Origin: Gloeobacterales cyanobacterium
GTDB lineage: Bacteria; Cyanobacteriota; Cyanobacteriia; Gloeobacterales; PMM-0068
Direction of reading: 5' to 3'
Assembly (NCBI GenBank): GCA_038245785.1
Contig: JBBRSB010000038.1
Location: 1-40,985 of the forward strand
DNA length: 40,985 nucleotides
Under the pieces are notes generated by a model that saw nothing but the letters and a program-made list of their open reading frames with translations, did not search any database and was not told where the DNA came from. The position numbers and the translations under genes were made by a program. This document shows, piece after piece, positions 10,077 through 21,023 of the stretch; positions within the stretch are counted from its first letter, which is position 1, and every line of letters begins with the position of its first letter.

Positions 10077-11324
10077 TCAATCTCTAATTTGGCCAGAACC
10101 TGTAACTACATACTTAACAGAAGTGAGTTCTGGTAAGCCTACCGGGCCACGGGCGTGAAGCTTCTGGGTAGAGATGCCAATTTCTGCTCCAAAACCAAAT
10201 TCAAACCCATCGGTAAAACGAGTAGAAGCATTCACATAGACGGCAGCAGCATCTACCCTCTGCGTAAATTTTTGGGAATCCAGGTAAGAATTGGTCACAA
10301 TTGCTTCTGAGTGACGGGTGCCATAGTGATTGATCCAATCAATCGCTTCATCCGTAGAATCTACTACCTTAATCGCTATAATCAGGTCCGAATACTCTGT
10401 CCCCCAATCACTTTCTGTAGCTGGTGTAATCTGTGGCGAAAAAGCGACAGCACGAGGACATCCTCTCACTTCCACACCCGCTGCCGATAATTCACTGACC
10501 AACGGGCCCATATGCGAAGGCAAGCATTCTCGGTGAATCAGAATTTTTTCTAGGGAATTGCAGACGGAAGGCCTTTGCACTTTGCCATTCAGCACAATCC
10601 GACGGGCCATATCCACCTCGGCAGTGCGCTCTATGTAGACATGACAATTGCCCACGCCCGTCTGTAGGACAGGCACGGTGGAATTGGCTAAAACATAGTT
10701 AATCAGACCTGCTCCCCCTCTGGGAATAATCAGGTCTACATAGTTATTCAGATGAATCAGGGGGTCTACGATCGCCCGGTCTCCGGGAAGTTGCTGAATA
10801 ACGCCCGTTGGAATGCCATTCTCATAGGCGGTAGTACTGAGCAGTTGAGCAATCGCTTGGTTGGAATAGTCGGCTTCCTTTCCGCCTTTGAGCAAAACGC
10901 CGTTCCCTGACTTCAGACAGAGACCAATAGCATCACAGGTCACATTGGGACGGGCTTCATAAATCATGCCGATTACACCCAAAGGAACACGCACCCGCTT
11001 GATTTCCATACCATTCGGATGACGCCATCCCCGGTCAATCTCACCTAGAGGGTCTTTGAGGTTTGCTACCTGTTCTAACCCTTGGGCCATATCTTCGATA
11101 CGCTGCGGGTTGAGCTTCAATCGGTCCAAGAGACTATTAGCCATACCATTGGCTTTGCCTGCTTCTAAATCTTTGGTATTGGCTAGAAGAATTGCATCCT
11201 GCTCTTCTCTCAGCGCTTTTGCCATAGCTCTCAGGGCTGCATCTTTCGCCGCTGTCTTCACCTGCGCGAGCTTTTGTGCACCTTGAGCCACGTTCCGCGC
11301 TAAGGATTTAAGATCTGTTTCCAT
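10077..11324 (-). CDS. proA: Gamma-glutamyl phosphate reductase
   Basis: PLGVIGMIYEARPNVT, IIPRGG, RPSVCN, VNASTRFTDG, EIGISTQKLHARGP; start placed at METDLK. Confidence 0.96.
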   Translation of the reverse strand: METDLKSLARNVAQGAQKLAQVKTAAKDAALRAMAKALREEQDAILLANTKDLEAGKANGMANSLLDRLKLNPQRIEDMAQGLEQVANLKDPLGEIDRGWRHPNGMEIKRVRVPLGVIGMIYEARPNVTCDAIGLCLKSGNGVLLKGGKEADYSNQAIAQLLSTTAYENGIPTGVIQQLPGDRAIVDPLIHLNNYVDLIIPRGGAGLINYVLANSTVPVLQTGVGNCHVYIERTAEVDMARRIVLNGKVQRPSVCNSLEKILIHRECLPSHMGPLVSELSAAGVEVRGCPRAVAFSPQITPATESDWGTEYSDLIIAIKVVDSTDEAIDWINHYGTRHSEAIVTNSYLDSQKFTQRVDAAAVYVNASTRFTDGFEFGFGAEIGISTQKLHARGPVGLPELTSVKYVVTGSGQIRD

Positions 11325-11479
11325 ACGATTCGGGTACCCATGTGGAGAGATTATCCTCTTAAATCTGTGAGAAAGAACAACTTGGTATGGGCCTAGTGAT
11401 TTTGTGTTATTGGAAGCATACACCCATGGCCCCTAACGCTACACTAAGGAAGAGCTATCTCTTCAATCAAACTTGCCTT

Positions 11480-11884
11480 ATGAAGACTCTGATATTTTCC
11501 ACTATCCTGGCCACGCTGGGTGTGACTGTTTTGACCAGCGGGCTTTCATCGGTATCAGCCCAAGATACCAAAAATACTTTTGACGGTCGGGTAGTCACCG
11601 ATACCAGCGATAACTATGTGCCTGGTTCGGGGGGAGGTGGCCTAGACCTGACCAGCATTATTCATAATGCCAACTTAACAAACGGACGGTCGATGGGACA
11701 GTTCCGCAAAGCCCAGGACGAGAATATATCGGATCAGGTAGAAAAGTTTCGTAACCGCCAACCCCTCGAGATAAAAGGACTTGGAGGCAAAACACAAACG
11801 GCCTCTCCCGAAACCAAAGAAGTAATGCCTCCGTCTCAAGACTCGTCCAAAGCCGTTAGCAAGGAAGGGTCAACCACCCCGTGA
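11480..11884 (+). CDS. Secreted hypothetical protein
   Basis: Signal peptide MKTLIF...VSAQ; stop overlaps gpsA start (GTGA). Confidence 0.7.
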   Translation: MKTLIFSTILATLGVTVLTSGLSSVSAQDTKNTFDGRVVTDTSDNYVPGSGGGGLDLTSIIHNANLTNGRSMGQFRKAQDENISDQVEKFRNRQPLEIKGLGGKTQTASPETKEVMPPSQDSSKAVSKEGSTTP

Positions 11885-12828
11885 AGGTTACCATCCTTGG
11901 CGGTGGAGCTTGGGGAACAACCTTGGCTCAGCTTGCACAACAGGCAGGCCACACTGCTCATCTCTGGTCACGCTCTGAATCCTTAGCAGATGCCTTGACC
12001 GATGCAGACTATATTTTTGCTGCCCTACCGATGAAGGCCGTGCGAGAAGTCGCCCATAGGGTGCAAGAGGACAACTTGTATAAACCAGGGACCGTGCTCA
12101 TTAGCGCGACTAAAGGCTTGGAACTTGAGTCCGAAGAAACAGACGCCGCCGTCAGCACTGCTCCTTTAAAAACGGCCAGTCAAGTTTGGGAATTCTGCTG
12201 TCCACGCCTGACAGTCGCTGCTTTATCTGGCCCTAATTTAGCGGCAGAGATAGCCAACGGTCTACCCTGCGCTACGGTGGTAGCCCATGCAAACCCAGCG
12301 ATTAGTGTGCGAGTGCAACAGGTCCTAGCTCAGGAGCATTTCCGGGTCTACACCAGCCCCGACCGGATTGGGGTCGAGTTGGGGGGAGCTTTGAAGAATG
12401 TAATGGCGATTGCTGCGGGCGTAAGTGATGGCCTTGGTTTAGGTGCCAATGCGAAGGCGGCTTTAGTCACCCGTGGCTTGGCAGAAATCGTCCGTGTGGG
12501 CGTTTATCTGGACGGACAGGCAGAAACATTCTATGGCCTCTCAGGATTGGGAGACTTGTTAGCTACCTGTAATTCATCCCTCTCTCGAAATTATCAGGTA
12601 GGTTTTTCTCTAGGCCAAGGAAAGTCTTTATCTGAGATCCTTCATCAGCTCAAAGGCACGGCAGAGGGGCTTAATGCTGCTCAGGTTCTCTCTCAGTACA
12701 GTGCTCGTCTGGGCTTGACAACGCCGATCACAGACCAAGTTACTGCCCTGGCCCAAGAAAGTACGCGGCCCGCTGACGCTCTTCAAGCTTTGATGGGACG
12801 CTCTCTCAAACCAGAGCAATTAGTCTAA
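11881..12828 (+). CDS. gpsA: NAD(P)H-dependent glycerol-3-phosphate dehydrogenase
   Basis: GGGAWG, SATKGLE, LSGPNLA, GGALKNVMAIAAG, GLSGLGDLLATC, SRN. Confidence 0.95.
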   Translation: MKVTILGGGAWGTTLAQLAQQAGHTAHLWSRSESLADALTDADYIFAALPMKAVREVAHRVQEDNLYKPGTVLISATKGLELESEETDAAVSTAPLKTASQVWEFCCPRLTVAALSGPNLAAEIANGLPCATVVAHANPAISVRVQQVLAQEHFRVYTSPDRIGVELGGALKNVMAIAAGVSDGLGLGANAKAALVTRGLAEIVRVGVYLDGQAETFYGLSGLGDLLATCNSSLSRNYQVGFSLGQGKSLSEILHQLKGTAEGLNAAQVLSQYSARLGLTTPITDQVTALAQESTRPADALQALMGRSLKPEQLV

Positions 12829-12860
12829 GCTGAAGCTCAGGACTACTTATCAGCAGGCCT

Positions 12861-14573
12861 ATGCTTACCCATCTATCGATTACCAACTTCGCCTTGATTG
12901 AACAGTTAGACCTGGAATTTGGCCCAGGGCTGAATGTTTTTACGGGAGAAACAGGCGCAGGCAAATCGATTATTTTGGATGCCCTAGATGCCGTTCTCGG
13001 TGGCAAAGTAGGTCACACGATGGTGCGTACGGGCGCAGACCGAGCTTTGATTGAAGCGACCTTTGCCGTCCCGGAAGCCTTACAGTCCTGGCTGCGCCAA
13101 GAAGAAATAGAACTGCTGGAAGAGCATGTCATTCTCAGCCGCGAATTGAGTACCAAAAAAACAAGCCGCTCTCGGATTAATGGCGTTCTCGTAAATCAGC
13201 AGACGATTCAGCGGCTACGTAATCGCCTGGTAGAAATTACGGCCCAAGGGCAGTCATTGGACTTAGAAAAGCCAGAGGTTCAGCAGGAGCTGCTCGACAG
13301 CTATGGCGGTGCGGTGCTCACCCAACAGAAACTTAAAGTCGCTGAACCCTTCACTGCTTGGCAAAAAGCTCGCTTAGACCTGGAATACCACCGCAAGAAC
13401 TATCAAGAGCAACTGCAAAAACTAGATCTTTATCGCTTCCAGAAACAAGAATTAGACGAAGCGCAACTTACGGTTCGAGAAGAGGAAGAAGAACTCTTAA
13501 GTGAAGGCAATATCCTGAGTCATTCCGTGGAATTGCAAACTATGGGTCAAGACTTATCGCAACTGCTATACAAAGGTACACAACGAACCCCAGCGCTCAT
13601 CGACCAGTTGGTAAAAGCCCAAGAACTCATCAAGAAAATGGTTGCGTTTGATGAAACTGTCCAGCCGTTACATGAATTGATTGAGAATGCTAATACGCAG
13701 TTAGAAGAATGTGTCCATCAACTCTCTCGCTACAATTCAGCCTTAGAAGCGGACCCTGATCGCTTAGAACAGATAGAAGAACGCCTCCAACTATTTAAGA
13801 AGTTGGCCCGCAAGTATGGACCCAACTTCACTGACGTTCACGACTACTATCAACAGGTTCAAAAATCTTTAGAGACGCTGGAATCTGATGATGTCTCGCT
13901 TGAAGCCTTAGAAGAGAAAGCGAATGTTCTCCATAAAACCTGTCTGGAAGAAGCTAAAAAGCTTACTCAGTTAAGACAAGATACAATTCAAAACTTAGAG
14001 TCTAATCTGATTCAAGAACTAGCCCCTTTGGGCATGGCTAAAGTACGCTTCCAGATTAAGTTGGAACCCCATAAACTAACAGCGACAGGCTCCGATAGAA
14101 TCACCTTCCTCTTTAGTCCCAATCCCGGTGAACCCCTACAGCCGCTGACCGACATAGCCTCTGGTGGGGAGATGGCTCGTTTCCTCCTGGCTCTCAAAGC
14201 ATGTCTCGGCAATGCAGACCAAACTGGGACGCTTGTCTTTGATGAAATTGATATTGGCGTATCTGGTAAAGTGGCTCAAGCTGTAGCCGAAAAGTTATGC
14301 CAGTTGGGACATTCCCACCAAGTCCTCTGCGTCACCCATCAGCCTCTCGTCGCGGCTATGGCCGACCAACATTTCCGAGTCTCTAAACAAGTCCAGTCAA
14401 TCAACGAGCAGGAACGGACTTCGGTCAATGTATCTTCTTTAGATTCGTCTAAAGAGCGGATTGAAGAACTGGCCCAGTTAGCCAGTGGCCGTTCCGCCAA
14501 GGAAGCGGTTGATTTTGCTTCTGTACTTTTAGCAGAAGCAAAGAAAACACGAACGGCATTGAAATCTACCTGA
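12861..14573 (+). CDS. recN: DNA repair protein RecN
   Basis: TGETGAGKS Walker A, coiled coil, ASGGEMAR, VFDEIDIG, VTHQP. Confidence 0.96.
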   Translation: MLTHLSITNFALIEQLDLEFGPGLNVFTGETGAGKSIILDALDAVLGGKVGHTMVRTGADRALIEATFAVPEALQSWLRQEEIELLEEHVILSRELSTKKTSRSRINGVLVNQQTIQRLRNRLVEITAQGQSLDLEKPEVQQELLDSYGGAVLTQQKLKVAEPFTAWQKARLDLEYHRKNYQEQLQKLDLYRFQKQELDEAQLTVREEEEELLSEGNILSHSVELQTMGQDLSQLLYKGTQRTPALIDQLVKAQELIKKMVAFDETVQPLHELIENANTQLEECVHQLSRYNSALEADPDRLEQIEERLQLFKKLARKYGPNFTDVHDYYQQVQKSLETLESDDVSLEALEEKANVLHKTCLEEAKKLTQLRQDTIQNLESNLIQELAPLGMAKVRFQIKLEPHKLTATGSDRITFLFSPNPGEPLQPLTDIASGGEMARFLLALKACLGNADQTGTLVFDEIDIGVSGKVAQAVAEKLCQLGHSHQVLCVTHQPLVAAMADQHFRVSKQVQSINEQERTSVNVSSLDSSKERIEELAQLASGRSAKEAVDFASVLLAEAKKTRTALKST

Positions 14574-14587
14574 AGCCCACTTCAGTT

Positions 14588-15322
14588 TTATTTGTGGGCA
14601 AGATCCTTATCTAAAAAACTACACTTTAATAGGTGGCTTGCAAGGTCTACGCCAGATTCTATGAGTGCAGCGTGACCACTCTCCGGTAATGCTTCGAGAT
14701 AGGTATTCGGCAGCCGTTGTGCTAAATAGTTTATTTCACGGTATGAAGGCAGTAAGCGGTCAGCTTGACTACCTAAAAGCAGAGTCGGTAATTTAATCTG
14801 TTCAAGTTGGCCATCCAGGTTAAATTGCTCTAGCAAACGTAACCGTTGAAGAATAGTTTTTTTAGGAACGTGACTGACTACGTTTTGCAGCATAGACCAA
14901 TCCTGCGCTGTAATGCGGGGTATTGAACAGAGGAAGGGCAAAAAAAGAATACTGGTTGCCTTGAGTATTTCCTCTGGAACTACTTCTAAGCTGTGCGCCC
15001 CTTGGACAAGCCACTTCTGTCTTCGCCAAGAACTCGCAGGATTGACCAAGATCAGATGACTAAAAAGCTCCGGGCGCTTGAGAGCACACCAAAGAGCAAG
15101 ACAGCCCCCAAAGGATTCTCCACACAATAGAGCAGGCCGATGCTTAGGAACCAGGGTGTAGACTTGTTCGGCAAGGCTCTGCCAATCTTCTTTGCGATGG
15201 GTCGGTAGCGAAAGCGCACGTGTCGTGCAGTAGGGCGCAAGTCTTGGTTCTTGGTGGTGAAATAATTTACCACTGCCGTCTAAGCCAGGGAGGTAAATGA
15301 GTGTGGGACGCGAGCTCACCAT
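14588..15322 (-). CDS. Alpha/beta hydrolase
   Basis: YLPGLDGSG, GESFGG nucleophile elbow, D-RLLPS, SGH. Confidence 0.85.
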   Translation of the reverse strand: MVSSRPTLIYLPGLDGSGKLFHHQEPRLAPYCTTRALSLPTHRKEDWQSLAEQVYTLVPKHRPALLCGESFGGCLALWCALKRPELFSHLILVNPASSWRRQKWLVQGAHSLEVVPEEILKATSILFLPFLCSIPRITAQDWSMLQNVVSHVPKKTILQRLRLLEQFNLDGQLEQIKLPTLLLGSQADRLLPSYREINYLAQRLPNTYLEALPESGHAALIESGVDLASHLLKCSFLDKDLAHK

Positions 15323-16059
15323 GATTGTTGCATTCCGGTACGGGTGAGTTGCTGAGTTGCCTGTTCCATTTCTAGTGCCAAGGCTGTGGTCAGAGCCAAG
15401 GCTTGACCCTTGCGATAGCCCTGGATTTCTTCAAGGCGGATATGACGCGGCGCGCCCACATGGACTTCAACCTGCTGATAAATCACTAGAGGATGCCAGC
15501 CAACACGTTGAAACATCGGCTCACGGGGGTCAATTAAGCGTAGTAAAGGCAAAGGGAGTAGCGGGGTACTGATTTCCTTACGAGAAATAATGGAAATAGG
15601 CACAATGGGCAAATCTACCAAGGCGGAACGGAGGGCCAAATGGGCGAACCCCCGTTGAAACGGCGCGCCCTGAACAGGAGTACTGGATTGAGCAATTAAC
15701 GTTGCCCCCTCAGGAAAAATCGCTACATGTTCACCCCGTATCAAATACTGGGCAGCTTGGCGAAATAGCTGTGACCAGCCTCGTCCCCCGCCTCCTGGAT
15801 GAAACCCCCCAAGTTGCTGAATAACCTGATTGACTACAGGAACGTGAGCTAAATAAGCGTGACTGACAAGTCGCACAGGGTTATCTGACCCCAAAAACAC
15901 CAGAGGTCCATCTAAAAAGCTGCGATGGTTGGCAATAACTAAGAGGCAACCTCTTTGCTGTGGTAGCGGTACCCGTTTGAATACATGTACTTCGGTGTGG
16001 AATACCGCGAGCATCCACTGTGCAAGCTGGAGGGATGATGAGAATGAGGAACTAGTCAT
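15316..16059 (-). CDS. PlsC-like lysophospholipid acyltransferase
   Basis: NHRSFLD (HX4D) and IFPEG motifs; start uncertain. Confidence 0.82.
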   Translation of the reverse strand: MTSSSFSSSLQLAQWMLAVFHTEVHVFKRVPLPQQRGCLLVIANHRSFLDGPLVFLGSDNPVRLVSHAYLAHVPVVNQVIQQLGGFHPGGGGRGWSQLFRQAAQYLIRGEHVAIFPEGATLIAQSSTPVQGAPFQRGFAHLALRSALVDLPIVPISIISRKEISTPLLPLPLLRLIDPREPMFQRVGWHPLVIYQQVEVHVGAPRHIRLEEIQGYRKGQALALTTALALEMEQATQQLTRTGMQQSW

Positions 16060-16634
16060 AACTCCATAATGCAGCCATATCAAGGTCTCGCATGATATTT
16101 ACTTAAACAAATCTCACTCTTGGGGCGGATATCAGGCTCACTGGCAATCGCTAGTTTAAAAGTGTATTTGATTGCACCGATCAGGAGACTGTCAAGACAG
16201 AGAACTGGCGCTGAGGGCAGTAGACGACCTTGAGTTGCTGTTGCCCCCGACTCCTCAACACGGCTTAGTTGTACAACGGAAAATTTTCGAGCGTTGAGGC
16301 ATTTGAGTAGCAAAGGAACAGTAAGTTGCACTAACACTGGAAAGCCTATCCATCTTATTATTTGCGCGCCAAAAAAACTTGCCCCTCTGGCGTGAATAAA
16401 TTTCCTAGAACGTTTCAGTGCAAAAACTTAGAAGAAGTCCTGCGGGCTTCGCCTAGTCAAGCTTATAACGCTTGCTTAAGCTGTCAATAGGATAAACTGG
16501 AAATATATCTGAAAACGTAACCCATGTACTGTAAGCCTTTCCACTAGCGTTGCTTCTTCTATCCCGGCTCAACCGTGGTGGCCTCTTTGGGCTGCCAAAC
16601 CCCAGAAGCAATATCTACACAGGAAATTACGTCT

Positions 16635-17717
16635 ATGCCCGCCCCCATGATGGTTGAAAAGCTCAATACGATTGAGCGGACCTACAAAGATTTGACCCAG
16701 AAACTAGCGGACCCCGATATTGTCACCAACTCGGGCGAAGTTCAGCGTATCGCGAAGGCTCGTGCCGATTTAGAAGTGACGGTGGAAGTTTATCATCGTT
16801 GGCAAGAACTGCAAGCAGAACTGAAAACGGCCCGTACCCTCCTGCGAGAGGATGACCCGGAGATCCGGGAATTGGCCGAACTAGAAGTTCAAATGTTGGA
16901 AGAGCAAATTGACGAACAAGAAAAGAAGCTTACTCTTCTTCTATTGCCCCGCGACCCCAACGACGACAAAAACATCATGTTGGAGATTCGGGCGGGAACG
17001 GGTGGCGATGAAGCCGCTATTTTTGCCGGAGACTTAGTGCGCATGTATTCACGCTATGCCGATACTCAAAGATGGAAAGTGCGTCTACTGAGTGAAACGA
17101 CAGCTGATATGGGTGGATTTAGAGAGGCGATTCTAGAAATCCAAGGCGATAACGTCTATTCCAAATTGAAGTTTGAAGCGGGTGTCCATCGTGTTCAGCG
17201 GGTTCCGCTAACAGAATCGCAGGGACGGGTTCACACTTCCACGGCAACAGTCGCAATTATGCCCGAAGTGGAAGCCGTCGCCGTCGTCATTAGACCAGAA
17301 GATATCGAAATTACCACCGCTCGTTCTGGCGGAGCGGGTGGTCAGAACGTAAACAAAGTAGAAACAGCTGTCCACTTGGTCCATAAACCTTCTGGCTTGC
17401 ATATCCACTGCACGGAAGAACGTTCCCAGTTGCAAAACAAAGAGCGCGCTATGCAAATTTTGCGAGCCAAACTCTACGATATGCAGCTTAGAGCGCAACA
17501 GGATGAAGTTTCCTCTCGCCGCAAAATGCAGGTAGGTTCTGGAGACCGTTCAGAAAAAATTCGCACCTACAACTATAAGGACAATCGCCTGACCGAGCAC
17601 CGCTTAGGAGAAAACTTTGCCCTGAGCAGCATCGTAGAAGGAATGATTGAACCCGTGATTCAAGCCTGTATTGCCGCAGACCAAAAAGAGAAATTAGAGG
17701 CTCTTGCCCAGAGTTAA
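16635..17717 (+). CDS. prfA: Peptide chain release factor 1
   Basis: [18 protein letters not shown] (PxT, RF1-type), [12 protein letters not shown]; start near 16635-16650. Confidence 0.96.
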   Translation: MPAPMMVEKLNTIERTYKDLTQKLADPDIVTNSGEVQRIAKARADLEVTVEVYHRWQELQAELKTARTLLREDDPEIRELAELEVQMLEEQIDEQEKKLTLLLLPRDPNDDKNIMLEIRAGTGGDEAAIFAGDLVRMYSRYADTQRWKVRLLSETTADMGGFREAILEIQGDNVYSKLKFEAGVHRVQRVPLTESQGRVHTSTATVAIMPEVEAVAVVIRPEDIEITTARSGGAGGQNVNKVETAVHLVHKPSGLHIHCTEERSQLQNKERAMQILRAKLYDMQLRAQQDEVSSRRKMQVGSGDRSEKIRTYNYKDNRLTEHRLGENFALSSIVEGMIEPVIQACIAADQKEKLEALAQS

Positions 17718-17817
17718 ATATTTACTTTTTGTAGCGTTCCTTGGAAACCTTCTCCGGTAAGTTTTGTCTTGGTATTTAGACAAAAGACAAAATCATGATT
17801 ATGAGAGAGACCACGCC

Positions 17818-18225
17818 ATGAAAAAACAGATGATTCTGCTGGCATTGCTCTGCACTAGTGTCTTGTTGCCAGGAACCTCCCTCCAGGCTCAGCCTCAGCC
17901 TCAATCGCAGGGGGAGCCAGACAAAGCAGCACAGACTATTTACAAAAACTTGATGTCTGCCACTGAGTCGAATAACTACGAGGCATTCATGGCTGAGAGC
18001 GATACAGGAATGAGGTCTGCTTTGAGCAAGCCTATGCTGGCAAGTGCTAGTGCTCAGTTATCTGCTCGTATGAAAAAAGGATACGATTCCATCTATCTTG
18101 GCAATTTAAAGAAAGCAGATAATCAAGTCTATTTATGGAAAATAGCCTTTAAAGATGGTGGGGATGATATTTTGGCGAGACTGAGTGTAAAAAATGCAAA
18201 AGCTTCTGGATTCCTTTTGAATTAA
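17818..18225 (+). CDS. Secreted hypothetical protein
   Basis: Signal peptide MKKQMILLALL; no family recognised. Confidence 0.65.
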   Translation: MKKQMILLALLCTSVLLPGTSLQAQPQPQSQGEPDKAAQTIYKNLMSATESNNYEAFMAESDTGMRSALSKPMLASASAQLSARMKKGYDSIYLGNLKKADNQVYLWKIAFKDGGDDILARLSVKNAKASGFLLN

Positions 18226-18298
18226 GTCTATGTCTGATTTAAGCTAGCTCAACTAACTAAACCGGAACTGGCTTCATAACCCATTCAGAAATTTCCTA

Positions 18299-18835
18299 AT
18301 GATCATTCCTACGAGCAACAATTCCTTGTTCTTGAGGCTTCTGCAGGAAACGGATGCTGAAGAACTCTTTGCTCTAACGGACCGCAACCGATTATTCCTG
18401 CGTCAGTGGTTGCCGTGGTTAGACTCGACAACCTCGGCCAAAGACACCCATGTCTTTATCCAAAGATGCCTTACTCAGCACACGGAAGCTTATGGTTTTG
18501 TCTGTGCCATCATTTTCAATGGCAATATCATCGGAGTCTTGGGCCATAACTCAATAGACCCTATAAATCGAATTTCTTATCCTGGCTACTGGCTTTCCTA
18601 TTCTCATACAGGCAAAGGCTTTATGACGATTGCTCTGCGCGCCCTTATTGAGCACGCATTTTCAGAGCTGAATATGAACCGAGTTGATATTCGGGTAGCT
18701 ACTAGGAATTCTTCTAGTCAGGCAGTTTGTAATCGTTTAGGATTTAAAAAAGAGGGCATTATTCGACAGGCGGAATGGTTGTATGACCACTATATTGATC
18801 ACACAGTTAATGGATTATTGAAAGCCAATTGGTAA
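18299..18835 (+). CDS. RimJ/RimL-family GNAT acetyltransferase
   Basis: NRLFLRQWLPW, GYWL...GKGFMT, N..SQAV..RLGFKKEG. Confidence 0.88.
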   Translation: MIIPTSNNSLFLRLLQETDAEELFALTDRNRLFLRQWLPWLDSTTSAKDTHVFIQRCLTQHTEAYGFVCAIIFNGNIIGVLGHNSIDPINRISYPGYWLSYSHTGKGFMTIALRALIEHAFSELNMNRVDIRVATRNSSSQAVCNRLGFKKEGIIRQAEWLYDHYIDHTVNGLLKANW

Positions 18836-18869
18836 GCGCACCCCTCTGCCCTGCAGGAACTGAGGGATG

Positions 18870-19652
18870 CTAACTAGATGCACTGGTATAAAAACGAAGC
18901 GCAAATTGCCAAAATGCTCGTGAAGCGAGAAAAAGAATAAGGGCAAGAACACCTGCACCTAAAGTCCAGATAAATTCAGCGCGTCCCAATAGAGCCTCTG
19001 CCGGTACCGTCGTTAAGAAAGCAACAGGAATCACAAAGGTGAAGAAGAAACGATAGGCCACAGGGTAGGCCGCCATCGGGAAACGCCCTGCTTCCAAAAG
19101 ACCCCTAAGCACTTCTGTAACGTTATAGATTTTGACAAACCAGATGCTCATTGCACCGAGCATGAACCAGAGGCTATATAGAATCACAAACCCAAAGAGC
19201 AAGGGAAGCAAGCTGAGCGCATAATTGGAGATTCCTAGACCGAGCTTCCCTGCGGCATAGCCCATCAAAATAACTCCAAAAAGTAAATTGGGCATACCCC
19301 AGGGAGAAAGCGTATAGGTCGAAAGCCAGAACTGCGAGCTAATTGGCTTGAGGAGCACAAAGTCCAAGGTGCCTTGCTGGATATGTTTTACAATCTGGCT
19401 AAGATTGGGGCTAAGGAAAGTGCTTGAAAATCCTTGAAACAGGGTGAAAATACCCAAGACGATAAGCGCTTGTTCCCAGTCCCATCCAGCAAAGGAATAA
19501 CCAGTACGATAAAACAAGAAAAGCCCAAATAAACTGCCGACCAATTGCCCCAGACTACTGAGGGTTGAGACAACAAAGTTCAGCCGATATTCCATTTCTG
19601 CGGCAAAGGTCGTTCGCCAGAATATGCTCAGGACTCGCAGATATCGTTCCAT
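18870..19652 (-). CDS. ABC-2 family (DUF990-type) permease, subunit 2
   Basis: AEMEYRLNF, GTLDFVLLKP, multiple TM helices, YTSASS C-terminus. Confidence 0.88.
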   Translation of the reverse strand: MERYLRVLSIFWRTTFAAEMEYRLNFVVSTLSSLGQLVGSLFGLFLFYRTGYSFAGWDWEQALIVLGIFTLFQGFSSTFLSPNLSQIVKHIQQGTLDFVLLKPISSQFWLSTYTLSPWGMPNLLFGVILMGYAAGKLGLGISNYALSLLPLLFGFVILYSLWFMLGAMSIWFVKIYNVTEVLRGLLEAGRFPMAAYPVAYRFFFTFVIPVAFLTTVPAEALLGRAEFIWTLGAGVLALILFLASRAFWQFALRFYTSASS

Positions 19653-19743
19653 CGGCCTTGCTCTAGTTGTATGTATTACTACTCTGACTGCGAGTATAGC
19701 CAATTGCTGGAGTTATAAGACTATGTGATTTAGGGGAGCTTCT

Positions 19744-20121
19744 ATGTCTAGATATGCATTGATTGCAAACTACAAAATTGAATCACGTCGGACGATGGGT
19801 GGGGGAGGTTATGTCCGTGCTTTAAGGCTTGAATTAGACCCTGTAGAAGACCTCTATAAGACTATCCTGCTCGTTTTTTTTGAAGAAAATCTCTCAAAGT
19901 TGGGCATTCAATCTCCTTCTGATGGTTCAGTTGTTGTTACGTTACCGATAAGAGATTTCGATGATATGTACCACATTCTTCAAACAGAGGCTCCTGTATT
20001 TGCAGATTGGATAGCTGATGATGAACATGACCTGAAATCATTCAGCCTTAGGACTCATGAAGAACCGCTTGGAGAAGGGCCAGCCGATGTTGATTTCATT
20101 CCGCTTAGTAGCAGGAAGTAA
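19744..20121 (+). CDS. Hypothetical protein
   Basis: ATG with GGGAG RBS; acidic 125-aa ORF. Confidence 0.6.
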   Translation: MSRYALIANYKIESRRTMGGGGYVRALRLELDPVEDLYKTILLVFFEENLSKLGIQSPSDGSVVVTLPIRDFDDMYHILQTEAPVFADWIADDEHDLKSFSLRTHEEPLGEGPADVDFIPLSSRK

Positions 20122-20151
20122 GAAACTTCACGGCATTTAATCGAGGTAATT

Positions 20152-20361
20152 ATGTTAAATTTGAATCTCTCTCCAAAGGCATCTAGATTTATCTTTTTCA
20201 TCGGTACGGTAATGTTTGCAGTCAATCATGGCTCGGCATTACTTAAAGGCAAAATGAACTTGCAACGGTGGATTTCGGCATCCTTTGGCTATAAGTATCT
20301 ATTGTTCTTGTGCTGCGCGTCAAAATCATACTTAAAACCTATACTTATTCACTCATATTAA
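20152..20361 (+). pseudogene. NrtS-like small nitrate/nitrite transporter, probably truncated
   Basis: GTVMFAVNHGSALLKGKM..QRWISA resembles NrtS; the expected C-terminal TY.VPY segment is absent. Confidence 0.5.
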
Positions 20362-20366
20362 AAATT

Positions 20367-20834
20367 ATGGAAACTAAACCACCACTTCCACCGTTTACTC
20401 TAGAAACTGCCAAAATCAAAGTACAAATGGCAGAGGATGCCTGGAATAGCCGTGATCCCGATCGTGTGGTTTTGGCGTATTCTGAAGATTCACAATGGCG
20501 CAACCGGGCAGAATTTTTAAGCGGTAGAGAAGCCATTAAAGACTTTTTGCAACGCAAGTGGGCAAAGGAGCTTGATTATCGTTTGATCAAAGAGTTATGG
20601 GCATTTACTGGTGAGCGCATTGCTGTCCGTTTTGCCTATGAGTGGCATGATGATAGTGGACATTGGTATTGTGCTTATGGCAACGAAAACTGGGAATTTG
20701 ACCAAAATGGTTTCATGTCTAGACGGATTGCTAGTATCAATGACTTACCAATTGCCGAGAATGAAAGAAAATACTTTTGGTCATTGGGAGCAAAACCCAA
20801 AGATCATCCAAGCCTTTCAGCATTGGGGCTATAA
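20367..20834 (+). CDS. DUF1348 SnoaL/NTF2-like protein
   Basis: [50 protein letters not shown]. Confidence 0.92.
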   Translation: METKPPLPPFTLETAKIKVQMAEDAWNSRDPDRVVLAYSEDSQWRNRAEFLSGREAIKDFLQRKWAKELDYRLIKELWAFTGERIAVRFAYEWHDDSGHWYCAYGNENWEFDQNGFMSRRIASINDLPIAENERKYFWSLGAKPKDHPSLSALGL

Positions 20835-21023
20835 ACTGGTTTTCCGCTAGTCTTTTCGAACATCTGTCCAGAAATTCTGCACACGCTAGCATCCTGAGAT
20901 TGCAAACAATTTGTAGGCGACATTCCGAAATTGGCCGAAATAATCGTCAAATTGGGAACTTGTCAAGTATTGAAGGCGTTTTGAGGTACAACGGTAATAA
21001 CAAGCAGTTCGATCAACACCGCC

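Noticed and set aside
16080..16630. Long intergenic region before prfA as an ncRNA or the 85-aa ORF
   Set aside because: No recognisable RNA motif, tRNA or protein family; cannot be supported
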